A stretch of 32,000 nt of DNA from Anaerolinea thermophila UNI-1 (GTDB lineage Bacteria > Chloroflexota > Anaerolineae > Anaerolineales > Anaerolineaceae), in the NCBI RefSeq assembly GCF_000199675.1, contig NC_014960.1, forward strand, positions 3,340,561-3,372,560, written 5' to 3'. The translations under genes and the position numbers were made by a program. The first letter of the stretch is position 1. The number at the start of each line of letters is the position of its first letter. The notes under the pieces were generated by a model. It did not search any database, was not told the origin of the DNA, and was given only the letters and a program-made list of their open reading frames with translations. This document shows, piece after piece, positions 14,469 through 22,294 of the stretch.

Positions 14469-16592
14469 TTACCTGCGGCTGACCTCAATCATCCAGCGGC
14501 TGACGGAGAGCAATTGCTCGTAAGGAATGGGCGGCGTGCCGCCGCTTTTCAGCGCGGTGAGGAAGGCTTGCCAGGCGGCGGCGTGACCCTTGTCCTGCCC
14601 GCCCGCGCGCACCTCTTCGCGGCGGTTGCCGCGGTACACCTCCAGGCGGGTGAAATCGTCCAGCACCAGCGCCGTACCCGCGCAGAACACCTCCACGCGC
14701 TCTTTGGGCATGGCGCGGTCGCCGTTGGCGAGGTAGGAAACCGTCCCCAGCGAGCCGTCGGCAAAGGTCAGGGTGAGCAGGGCGTTATCGCCGTGGTAGC
14801 GCCCGCCGTCGGGCAGGTAGCGGGCTTCGACCGAGACGGGAGGAGTTCCCACCAGGAAGGTGAGGAAGTCCACAAAGTGACAGGCTTCGCCAAGGATGCG
14901 CCCGCCGCCCACCGCAGGGTCCTGCGTCCAGTGATTGGCGGGCAGGTAACCGGCATTGATGCGGTAATGCGCCGCCAGGGGTTCGGCGCGCCCCTCCAGG
15001 CGGGCTTTCATGCGCTGAGCCAGCGGCGCAAAGCGCCGGTTGAAGCCCACCATCAGCAGGGGCAGGTCTTCGTTCTGCAGGGCGCGTTCGATTTCGTCCA
15101 GTTCCTCCAGCGTCAGTGCCAGGGGTTTTTCGCAGTACACTGCCTTGCCCGCCCGCAGGGCTTGCAGGGTCTGACGGGCGTGGTGGTTGTGGCGGGTGAG
15201 GATGACCACCGCCTGAATCTCCGGCGCGCCGAGGATTTCCTCTTCCTGCGAGGTGGCAAAGCGGAAGCCGTATTTTTTGGCGGCGTGGCGGGCAGTCAAG
15301 CCCGAGGCGCTGGCAATGCCCTCCAGGCGCACGCCTCCCACCCGCTGGATGGCAGGCAGGAAGGTCGCCAGGGCGTAGTTGCCCGCGCCCAGCACACCGA
15401 TTCCCGGCTGGTCCTGCGCCGCCGGGACGGGCGGGCGCAGTTCCACGCGCCGCGCGGGCGTCTCTTCCGGCGCCTGAGGATAGGTGAGCAGGACGCCCAG
15501 GAACGATTCTTTGCGCTTGCCGGTGATCAGCGCGTAGGCTTCGGCGCCCTGTTCGATGGGGATGCGGTGCGAGATGAGCGGATGCACGTCCAGCAGACCG
15601 CCTGCCATCAGGTCCACCACGGCTTGCAGGTTGCGCCCTTCCGTCCAGCGCACGTAGCCGATGGGGTAATCCTGTCCGCGCTCTTCGTAGGATGGGTCGT
15701 AGCGCCCCGGTCCGTAGGAACGCGACACCAGGAAGGTCAGTTCCTTCTCGTAGTACAGTTTGCGGGGCAGGTCCAGCCCCACCGCGCCGACCGCCACCAC
15801 ATGCGCGCGGTCGCGCGCCAGCGTCCCCGCCAGCGTCACCGGATCGCTGGATCGGGCATCGGCGCAGATGAGTACGGCATCAAAGCCCTGCCCGGCGGTG
15901 AAAGCCAACCCGGCGCTCTCGGCATCAGGGCGCAGGACGGCGGCATGCGCGCCCATGCGCTTCGCCAGGTCCACCCGTTCGGGGCTGAGATCCACGCCAA
16001 AGACCTGACAGCCCGCCGCCCGCGCCAACCCCACGCTGAGCAAGCCCAGCAAGCCCAGACCGATAATGGCAATGCGCTCGCCCACCTGCGGATGCGTCAG
16101 ACGGAAGCCGTGCAGGGCAATCGCTCCCAGGGTGGTGAATGCCGCCGACTCGAAATCCACATTGTCGGGCAGTTTCACCAGCAGGTTTTTGGGGACGACG
16201 GCGTACTCGGCATGCACGGCGTAACCGCCGCCCGCGCAGGCTACGCGGTCGCCGGGGGCAAAGCCCTCCATGCCCTCGCCCACCTCGACGATGACCCCCG
16301 CCGAGGAATAGCCCAGCGCCATGGACTGATCCAGACGGTTAAACGCCGCCTGCAGGGTGGAAACCAGCCCTTCGCGGCGGGCTTTTTCCAGCACCTGGCG
16401 CACCAAATCGGGGCGCGAGCGGGCTTTTTCCAGCAGGTTTTTCTCGGCAAACTCCACCACCATGCGTTCGGTGCCTGCCGAGACCAGCGAGGTCGCCGTG
16501 CGCACCAGCGCCATGCCGCGCCGCACCACCGGCACGGGTACGTCGGCAACTTCGGCTTTTCCATCGCGCATATTCTGGAGCAGTTGTTTCAT
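14469..16592 (-). CDS. Bi-domain oxidoreductase: N-terminal MDR/alcohol-dehydrogenase-like domain + C-terminal Gfo/Idh/MocA domain
   Basis: N-terminal half: GYSSAGVIVEVGEG...GDRVACAG and Rossmann IAIIGLGLLGLL. C-terminal half: GIGVLGAGNYA...AVYCEKPLALT (EKP motif). The track start 16742 would run through the repeat and promoter region. ATG 16592 (MKQLLQNMRDG...) is preferred. Confidence 0.85.
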   Translation of the reverse strand: MKQLLQNMRDGKAEVADVPVPVVRRGMALVRTATSLVSAGTERMVVEFAEKNLLEKARSRPDLVRQVLEKARREGLVSTLQAAFNRLDQSMALGYSSAGVIVEVGEGMEGFAPGDRVACAGGGYAVHAEYAVVPKNLLVKLPDNVDFESAAFTTLGAIALHGFRLTHPQVGERIAIIGLGLLGLLSVGLARAAGCQVFGVDLSPERVDLAKRMGAHAAVLRPDAESAGLAFTAGQGFDAVLICADARSSDPVTLAGTLARDRAHVVAVGAVGLDLPRKLYYEKELTFLVSRSYGPGRYDPSYEERGQDYPIGYVRWTEGRNLQAVVDLMAGGLLDVHPLISHRIPIEQGAEAYALITGKRKESFLGVLLTYPQAPEETPARRVELRPPVPAAQDQPGIGVLGAGNYALATFLPAIQRVGGVRLEGIASASGLTARHAAKKYGFRFATSQEEEILGAPEIQAVVILTRHNHHARQTLQALRAGKAVYCEKPLALTLEELDEIERALQNEDLPLLMVGFNRRFAPLAQRMKARLEGRAEPLAAHYRINAGYLPANHWTQDPAVGGGRILGEACHFVDFLTFLVGTPPVSVEARYLPDGGRYHGDNALLTLTFADGSLGTVSYLANGDRAMPKERVEVFCAGTALVLDDFTRLEVYRGNRREEVRAGGQDKGHAAAWQAFLTALKSGGTPPIPYEQLLSVSRWMIEVSRR

Positions 16593-16640
16593 GGGCTGTA
16601 CGTGGATACTCCCGTTCTGTTGAGTATGGGGTTGCGCCGC

Positions 16641-16690
16641 GCCTTTCGACAGGCTCACCATTCGGTTCGGCTGGCTCACCGTGCGGTTTG
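16641..16690. repeat. Two tandem REP-like 21-nt units
   Basis: TTCGACAGGCTCACCATTCGG (16645-16665) and TTCGGCTGGCTCACCGTGCGG (16666-16686). They lie between the candidate promoter and the start of the oxidoreductase gene. Confidence 0.8.
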
Positions 16691-16716
16691 GCGCGCGGTT
16701 CGTTTTGTCCTTTCCC

Positions 16717-16722
16717 ATTATA
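16717..16722 (-). promoter_or_regulatory. Candidate -10 (TATAAT) for the bi-domain oxidoreductase gene
   Basis: The minus strand reads GGGTATAATGGG, immediately downstream of the AKR terminator. It would give a leader of about 115 nt containing the REP-like units. The -35 is poor. Confidence 0.3.
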
Positions 16723-16736
16723 CCCGCATGCCCGGC

Positions 16737-16776
16737 AAACAAAAATGCAGGGCAACCCCGGCGGATTGCCCTGCAT
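16737..16776 (-). terminator. Rho-independent terminator of the aldo/keto reductase gene
   Basis: Perfect 11-bp stem ATGCAGGGCAA (16745-16755) / TTGCCCTGCAT (16766-16776) with a 10-nt loop. On the minus strand it is followed by TTTTTGTTT. It lies 18 nt after the stop at 16794. Confidence 0.85.
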
Positions 16777-16793
16777 GGCTTGAAGAAAAGCCT

Positions 16794-17756
16794 TTACTGC
16801 TCGCGCCACTCGCTGGCTTGATCAATGGCGGCAACGTCCTCCGCCGTCAGTTCGACCTCCAGACTGCCCAGAATGTCGCGCAGTTGCTCCACGCTGTTCG
16901 CTCCGATGATGGGCGAGGTGATGGCAGGGCGCTGGAGCATCCACGCCAGAGCCACCTGCGTGACGGTGGCATTGTGCTTTTTGCCAATTTCGTCCAGCAG
17001 GTCAATGAGGGCAAAGTTCTTCTCGGTGAAGAAGCGCTTCAGCCCCTCGGCGCGGGCGCTGTCGGGGATGACCCCACGGCGGTACTTGCCGGTGAGGAAA
17101 CCGCCCTGCAGAGGGCTGTACGGGATGACCCCAATGCCCTGATCCAGACACACGGCTTCCAGTTCGCGCTCGAACTCGGCGCGTTTGACCAGGCTGTAGG
17201 GCGGTTGCAGGCTGATGAAGCGGTTGAGGTTGTACTTGTCGCTGATCCACATGGCTTTCATCAGACGCCAGGCCGGCTCGTTGGATGCGCCGATGTAGCG
17301 CACCTTCCCGGCTTTGACCAGGTCGTCCAGCGCGCGCAGGGTTTCTTCCTGCGGGGTGTCGTAGTGAGGCCAGTGGGTCTGATACAGGTCAATGTAGTCG
17401 GTCTGCAAACGGCGCAGAGAGTCCTCGATGGCTTTCATCACATGCCCGCGGCTTAAGCCGTCGCCGTTGGGACCTTCCCACATGCGCCCGTTGAACTTGG
17501 TCGCCAGCACAATGAGATGACGGTTCTTGCGGGCTTTCATCCAGCGCCCGATGATTTCCTCGCTGACACCGCCGGGATTGCCCGGCACCCAGGCAGAGTA
17601 CACATCGGCGGTATCAATGAAATTGCCGCCGGCTTCAAAGTAGGCATCCATAACCTCGAAAGCGGTTTTTTCGTCGGCTGTCCAGCCAAACTGCATCGTT
17701 CCGAGGCAAATGCGCGCCACCTTCAGTCCGGAGTTGCCCAATCTGCGGTATTCCAT
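16794..17756 (-). CDS. Aldo/keto reductase family oxidoreductase
   Basis: [31 protein letters not shown], and [35 protein letters not shown] 17756 is preferred over the track start 17846 (normal family N-terminus, purine-rich RBS upstream). Confidence 0.9.
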   Translation of the reverse strand: MEYRRLGNSGLKVARICLGTMQFGWTADEKTAFEVMDAYFEAGGNFIDTADVYSAWVPGNPGGVSEEIIGRWMKARKNRHLIVLATKFNGRMWEGPNGDGLSRGHVMKAIEDSLRRLQTDYIDLYQTHWPHYDTPQEETLRALDDLVKAGKVRYIGASNEPAWRLMKAMWISDKYNLNRFISLQPPYSLVKRAEFERELEAVCLDQGIGVIPYSPLQGGFLTGKYRRGVIPDSARAEGLKRFFTEKNFALIDLLDEIGKKHNATVTQVALAWMLQRPAITSPIIGANSVEQLRDILGSLEVELTAEDVAAIDQASEWREQ

Positions 17757-17838
17757 AAGAGTCCCTTCCTTTCCGTGAACGATAACAGAAATACGTTTGA
17801 GAAGACGGGCGTTTTCAGCCCGCGCCTCTATTATGCCT

Positions 17839-19011
17839 TCATTCACCTGGATTGTAAAGATATTTCAGACTGAGGCACACTTCGGTTTCTGAAACCAGGT
17901 CCACACTGCCGGAGAACTGGTTGACCGAGCCAAGGTAGTTGGGCAGGTTGCGGATGCGCTCGTCGGGGATGGCGGCGCGAATTTTGTGGGCAATCCAGTC
18001 GCCGTGAATGACGCGGTAAGGGCGGTTATGGAAGAAGGTCGGGCGGGTTTCCACCGGCTCAATCAAGCCCAGACGGTTAAATTCCTCAGTGCAGATGGAG
18101 TACGCCTGGCAGAGGTGCGACTCGCGTTCCGGGAAATTGTTGGCGCGCAGAGCGCCCGCCAGGTAGGGTTGCAGGCGCGGCGCCATATTTAAGCGCTCAA
18201 AAGCACTGCCGAACCATTTGCTGTAAGGGGCGTACTTGCGCTCGATGAGGAACGCCAGCCCGATGACAATCTGCACCAGCCGCGCGGTGATAATGCGCGA
18301 CCCAAGGTCATCGTTGACCTCGGCAGTGCGCCCCACAAAGGCTTCTTCCTGCCCCAGTTTCATCCACTGCGCCGCCAGCAGGTACATCCACACGTCGCGC
18401 GGGTAGTACATCAACTGCTGGCGCAGGGTTTCCAGCCCAAGGTCGTCGTGCCACACCCCCCCGCTGGTCAAACTGAGCAGTTTGTGTTCCGAAAAGGTCA
18501 GCCAGTCCTGAACGGTGAGGGGGGCTTGGGTGTCCCAGCCGATTTCCTTGGAAAAGTACTCCGGCAGGGTGGTGATTTCAATCAGATGATCCACCGGTCC
18601 TTCTTTGATTTTGCGCATCAGGCGCACACCCTCTTCATCAGGGGGACCGAAGTGGGTGGGGTAGCCCATGAACTCTACCGGAAGGCGCTGGCGCAACGCC
18701 TGATACAGAAAACCGCGCTCGGCAGGATTGAAGGACGGCTCGACAAACAGCACCATGCGCGGACCCCACATGTGATCGCGCGAGCGCTCGGTGTCCAGCC
18801 CGACCACATCCGAGCCGTAACCCACCAGCGCGGCGGAATGGCGCAGTTTGGGAAAGACGTCGTTCAAAATCGGACGCACGGCTTTGAAATAATACTGTCT
18901 GGATAATTCCAGACCGGGAACAAATGCAACTGTAGCAGGATCAAACGGCTCGCCCATAATCTCTCCACCAGCACTTTCTGAATAATATTGGGGGAGAGAA
19001 TCGGCGCTCAT
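17839..19011 (-). CDS. DUF4037-like (nucleotidyltransferase-related) protein
   Basis: 390-aa [33 protein letters not shown] resembles, from memory, the conserved N-terminal block of DUF4037 proteins. ATG 19011 overlaps the upstream stop as ATGA. The alternative ATG 18957 has GGTGGAG upstream. Confidence 0.7.
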   Translation of the reverse strand: MSADSLPQYYSESAGGEIMGEPFDPATVAFVPGLELSRQYYFKAVRPILNDVFPKLRHSAALVGYGSDVVGLDTERSRDHMWGPRMVLFVEPSFNPAERGFLYQALRQRLPVEFMGYPTHFGPPDEEGVRLMRKIKEGPVDHLIEITTLPEYFSKEIGWDTQAPLTVQDWLTFSEHKLLSLTSGGVWHDDLGLETLRQQLMYYPRDVWMYLLAAQWMKLGQEEAFVGRTAEVNDDLGSRIITARLVQIVIGLAFLIERKYAPYSKWFGSAFERLNMAPRLQPYLAGALRANNFPERESHLCQAYSICTEEFNRLGLIEPVETRPTFFHNRPYRVIHGDWIAHKIRAAIPDERIRNLPNYLGSVNQFSGSVDLVSETEVCLSLKYLYNPGE

Positions 19012-19478
19012 TCTTCATCTCCCGAAGGCATGGCAGGCTGATCGACCCGTAGCACCTCGCCGTGCAGGTTAATCACCACCCGGAAGCCCATCATTCCCAG
19101 ATAGGCGCGTCCTTCTTCCGGGATACCCACGTTCAGCAATTGCTCGAACTGCTGATCGATGTTTTTTAACTGTTGTTCAATCATGGCACGGGAAAAAATG
19201 TCATCCTGCCCGAGCATGTGCGCGGTCTGCTCGCTGATGAGGTCCTCATGCCCGCGCATCTGTTCGCGCATCCATGCCAGCACCTGTCGATCCACCTCTT
19301 CGGCAGGGATGTGGCGGCGAAACCCGCGATCGTTGACCACATAACAGGGTTCATCGCCCACATACGCCACCTCGACAGGCTGATCGAATTCATCTACCAC
19401 CAAACCGGCAAATAAGGCTTGACGAGGCACAATTTGATTATAACACTCCCGTTCGAGGAAAACGTCAAGGAAAAACAT
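19008..19478 (-). CDS. Hypothetical protein, about 156 aa, no domain recognised
   Basis: The track ORF starts at TTG 19490. The first ATG is at 19478 (MFFLDVFLERE...). Acidic and soluble, with a coding-like composition and somewhat more A/T-ending codons than its neighbours. The stop overlaps the next start as ATGA. Confidence 0.65.
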   Translation of the reverse strand: MFFLDVFLERECYNQIVPRQALFAGLVVDEFDQPVEVAYVGDEPCYVVNDRGFRRHIPAEEVDRQVLAWMREQMRGHEDLISEQTAHMLGQDDIFSRAMIEQQLKNIDQQFEQLLNVGIPEEGRAYLGMMGFRVVINLHGEVLRVDQPAMPSGDEE

Positions 19479-19540
19479 CCCTTTTGACAAAAAAGGGGAA
19501 AAAGGTTTCCTTCCTCATAATCTTCCTGCAGGTCCTCTGG

Positions 19541-20854
19541 TCAGGGGACAAAATGCCCCTTTTCCAGAATCTTCTCGATGCGCTCGATGCTCTGCAGGAA
19601 CACCTTAACCACCTGCGGGTCAAATTGCAAACCGGCTTGCGCCCGAATGTAGTGCAAGACCTTGTCGCGAGGCCAGGCTTTGCGGTACGGGCGGTCGGTA
19701 GAGAGGGCATCCCACACATCCACCACCGAGAAGATGCGCGCCCCCAGGGGGATTTGCTCGCCACGCAAACCGTAGGGGTAGCCACTCCCATCCCAGTGTT
19801 CATGGTGATAAGTAGGAATGTCCATGGCTTGCCGCAGGTAAGGGATGCGCGAGAGCCATTCACGGGCATAAAGCGGATGGCGGCGCATAATCTCCCGCTC
19901 TTCTTCGGTAAGGAATGAGGGCTTGAGCAGGATAGTATCGGGAATGCCCAGTTTGCCGATGTCGTGCAAAATGGCGCCACGGCGCAGTTGAATCAAATCT
20001 ACCTCGCTTAACCCCATGGCTTTACCCAGTTCCACGGTGGCTTCCACCACCCGGCGGGTGTGATCTTCGGTATTGCTGTCGCGCAGTCCCAGGGCTAACG
20101 CCCAGCCTTCCAGGGTGGCATCGTAAGCCACCATCAACTCGGCATTGGTGCGTTGTAAATCCTCAAACAGGCGGGCGTTTTCGATGGCAATGGCTGCCTG
20201 TCCTGCCAGCGTGTTCAACAACTCCAGCCATTCCTTCGTTGCGGGGGGCGTCTTACGGCGGCACACTTCCAGAACCCCCACCACGCGGGATTTGCTCACC
20301 AGCGGCACGGCAAAAATCTGCCTGAAGCCCTTCTCCCACATCAGGCGGTCGTGCGTGCCGGCAGGCAGGGTCTGCCATTCCATGTTCCCGCCGGTCAGCA
20401 CACCTTCCAGCATGGCTTTGCCTACCACCGTCTCGCCCGCACGCACGCGGATGTGTTCCAGGCGGGCGGTGTTCAGCCCCAGGGTCGCCACACAATCCAG
20501 GTGCAGGTTGACGGGGTCAAACTCGTACAGCAGGGCGGCATCCACCTTGAGCATGCGCAGGCACTGCTGCAACAGGATATTGGCAGTGGCTTTCAGGTTG
20601 TGACTGGAAGAAATAGCGGTATCAATCTCGTGCAGTGAGGTCAGTTGTTCCAGGCGGGTGCGCACCTCAGCATCCAGTTGCGCACGGTGCAACACACTGC
20701 CAATGATATCGCCCGCTGTCTGCACCAGATTCACCTCTGCTTCGCTGAACTTGCGGGGGGCTTCCACCACGACCATCAAAATACCCAGTTGTTCCTGTCC
20801 GGCACGCATGGGCACCAGCAGGGCGCGCCAGCCCGGCGGAATCAGCGCCGCCAC
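19541..20854 (-). CDS. C-terminal fragment: second half of a GAF + GAF + HD-GYP domain
   Basis: 437-aa ORF from GTG 20854. HD motif AILHDIGKLGIP. GYP motif HHEHWDGSGYPYGLRGEQIPLGARI. Confidence 0.75.
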   Translation of the reverse strand: MAALIPPGWRALLVPMRAGQEQLGILMVVVEAPRKFSEAEVNLVQTAGDIIGSVLHRAQLDAEVRTRLEQLTSLHEIDTAISSSHNLKATANILLQQCLRMLKVDAALLYEFDPVNLHLDCVATLGLNTARLEHIRVRAGETVVGKAMLEGVLTGGNMEWQTLPAGTHDRLMWEKGFRQIFAVPLVSKSRVVGVLEVCRRKTPPATKEWLELLNTLAGQAAIAIENARLFEDLQRTNAELMVAYDATLEGWALALGLRDSNTEDHTRRVVEATVELGKAMGLSEVDLIQLRRGAILHDIGKLGIPDTILLKPSFLTEEEREIMRRHPLYAREWLSRIPYLRQAMDIPTYHHEHWDGSGYPYGLRGEQIPLGARIFSVVDVWDALSTDRPYRKAWPRDKVLHYIRAQAGLQFDPQVVKVFLQSIERIEKILEKGHFVP

Positions 20855-22194
20855 TTCCGGATTCGCCCGGGGGTCCAGGCACAGGTCCTCGCTGAACAGC
20901 GGGCATCCTGCAGGATGGTTTTTTCCACCAGCCCACCCTGCAGGGGAAAAGCCTTGCCTTCAAAAGACTTTACCCAACCGCGTGTCGCCATCGGGTAGTA
21001 GCATCCGTTCTCTTTATCCACCTGGGCAACGCCGCCTGCTGGCACGTCCAGCACGGGCAGAAGCAGATCCAGGGCTTTCTCAAGGAAGGGAGAAACGCGG
21101 GCTTCTTCACGGGAAAGGGTGGAAAGGCGGTTCAGGGTTTCCAGGTGCCTGAGGCGCAGGCGCAATTGTTCCCGCACCTCGCGCTCGCTGGTGATGTCGC
21201 GCAGCATCATGCCGATGCGGTATCCCAGCGGGGTGGGCAGGGCAAAACTGTTCAATTCGCAAATTTTGATTTCTCCGCTGGCATCAAGAAAACGGGTCTC
21301 GGTCTTGCGGTTGAAAAAAGGGCTTTTGCCGGTCTTGAGGGCTTGCTCGAAGACACTTTCCAGTTTAGACAGGGCAGAAGGTGTTCGGTAAGCCGGGATG
21401 GCAATGCGCTCGAGAACCTTCACAGCAGGTTGCCCCAGAATTTCCTCACGGCAATAGCCCAGCAAACGCTCCGCGCCGGGATTCCACTCCACCACCCTGC
21501 CGGTCTCGTCCACAAGGATGAAGGCGTCAAAACTTTTCTCCAGCACCATCTGCAGTTGCCCGGTCTGCAGGGCAAGGGCATTCTGCGCGGCTTGCCTTTC
21601 AGTCAGTTCCGCCTGCAGAGAACGCTGATAATTTTCCAGCATGCGGCTGGTAAAGTAAACGATGAGGATAAAAACAGCCCCAATGACAAAGCGGAAGAGA
21701 ATCTCCATCAGCGGGGTTTGCGGCAAACTGGAAGGCGGCAACCTGCCAAATTGCTCCATCCAGAACAGCACCAGCAGCGAACCCGCGCCCAGCAGGATGG
21801 AGACCAGGCTCCCCTTCAAGCCCAGCAGTAACCCGGAGACGTAAATCAGGATGAGCAACATGCCCGCCGCCGGGCTTTGCACCCCGCCGGTGAACATCAA
21901 CACCACGAAATAATGCGCCCAGAAGAGGAAAAAGAGCAGGACGCGGATGACCTCAGAAGAGAGCCACAAGCGCACAGCCCACACCCCCGCCAGCACCAGC
22001 ACAAAAGCGGCATTTACCAGCAAAAAAATCGGCGCCGTGTGCGCGGTCAGCCAGAGTGCCAGCGAGCCAGCCGCAATCCCGCCGCCGGTGGTGAGGATGA
22101 GCACTTCCAGGAACGAGAATCGTGAACCTGCCGGTGAGGCATCTGCCGACCACAGGGCTTTCCTGGAGAAACTCGAAAAAAGAGAACCGGCCAT
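20842..22194 (-). CDS. N-terminal fragment: polytopic membrane domain + PAS + first half of a GAF domain
   Basis: 450-aa ORF with about 6-7 TM segments. PAS: LVDETGRVVEWNPGAERLLGYCREEILGQP. It ends in an out-of-frame tail (RCSARTCAWTPGRIRKWRR). Confidence 0.75.
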   Translation of the reverse strand: MAGSLFSSFSRKALWSADASPAGSRFSFLEVLILTTGGGIAAGSLALWLTAHTAPIFLLVNAAFVLVLAGVWAVRLWLSSEVIRVLLFFLFWAHYFVVLMFTGGVQSPAAGMLLILIYVSGLLLGLKGSLVSILLGAGSLLVLFWMEQFGRLPPSSLPQTPLMEILFRFVIGAVFILIVYFTSRMLENYQRSLQAELTERQAAQNALALQTGQLQMVLEKSFDAFILVDETGRVVEWNPGAERLLGYCREEILGQPAVKVLERIAIPAYRTPSALSKLESVFEQALKTGKSPFFNRKTETRFLDASGEIKICELNSFALPTPLGYRIGMMLRDITSEREVREQLRLRLRHLETLNRLSTLSREEARVSPFLEKALDLLLPVLDVPAGGVAQVDKENGCYYPMATRGWVKSFEGKAFPLQGGLVEKTILQDARCSARTCAWTPGRIRKWRR

Positions 22195-22241
22195 AAAAGT
22201 AAAACACCCCTAAACGGGGCTATTTTAACCCAAAACTTCCC

Positions 22242-22260
22242 GATTCGCCTTACGAATCGA
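22242..22260 (-). terminator. Possible terminator hairpin after the TPR gene
   Basis: CGATTCG (22242-22248) / CGAATCG (22254-22260) with a 5-nt loop. On the minus strand it is followed by GGAAGTTTTGGG. The stem is short. Confidence 0.4.
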
Positions 22261-22294
22261 TGAGAATTTCGTTACAAATTGGTAATATTTTTCC

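Larger units (their letters stand above)
19541..22194 (-). pseudogene. TM-PAS-GAF-GAF-HD-GYP sensor phosphodiesterase, reading frame interrupted near 20900-20925 (frameshift or sequencing error)
   Basis: The two ORFs (20842-22194 and 19541-20854) overlap by 13 nt and split a single GAF domain. The downstream frame is open from 20959 and reads ...PLFSEDLCLDPRANPEVAALIPPGWRALLVPMRAG... This continues the GAF sequence begun in the upstream frame (...FEGKAFPLQGGLVEKTILQDA). Confidence 0.7.

Noticed and set aside
14385-17456. 1023-aa plus-strand ORF, the longest ORF in the window
   Set aside because: It runs antisense to two well-supported genes (the bi-domain oxidoreductase and the AKR). It also crosses their intergenic terminator, promoter and repeat region. 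Its composition is dominated by R/A/G/H/Q/V, typical of the stop-poor antisense frame of GC-rich genes, and no motif was recognised.
20919-20924. Programmed ribosomal or transcriptional slippage at the A6 run (coding strand GTG GAA AAA ACC) as an explanation of the split HD-GYP gene
   Set aside because: The run is not in phase for a canonical X XXY YYZ heptamer and is too short for efficient transcriptional slippage. Shifting there would replace the GAF-like TILQDA with KNHPAG. A 1-nt indel near 20901-20906 fits the protein sequence better.
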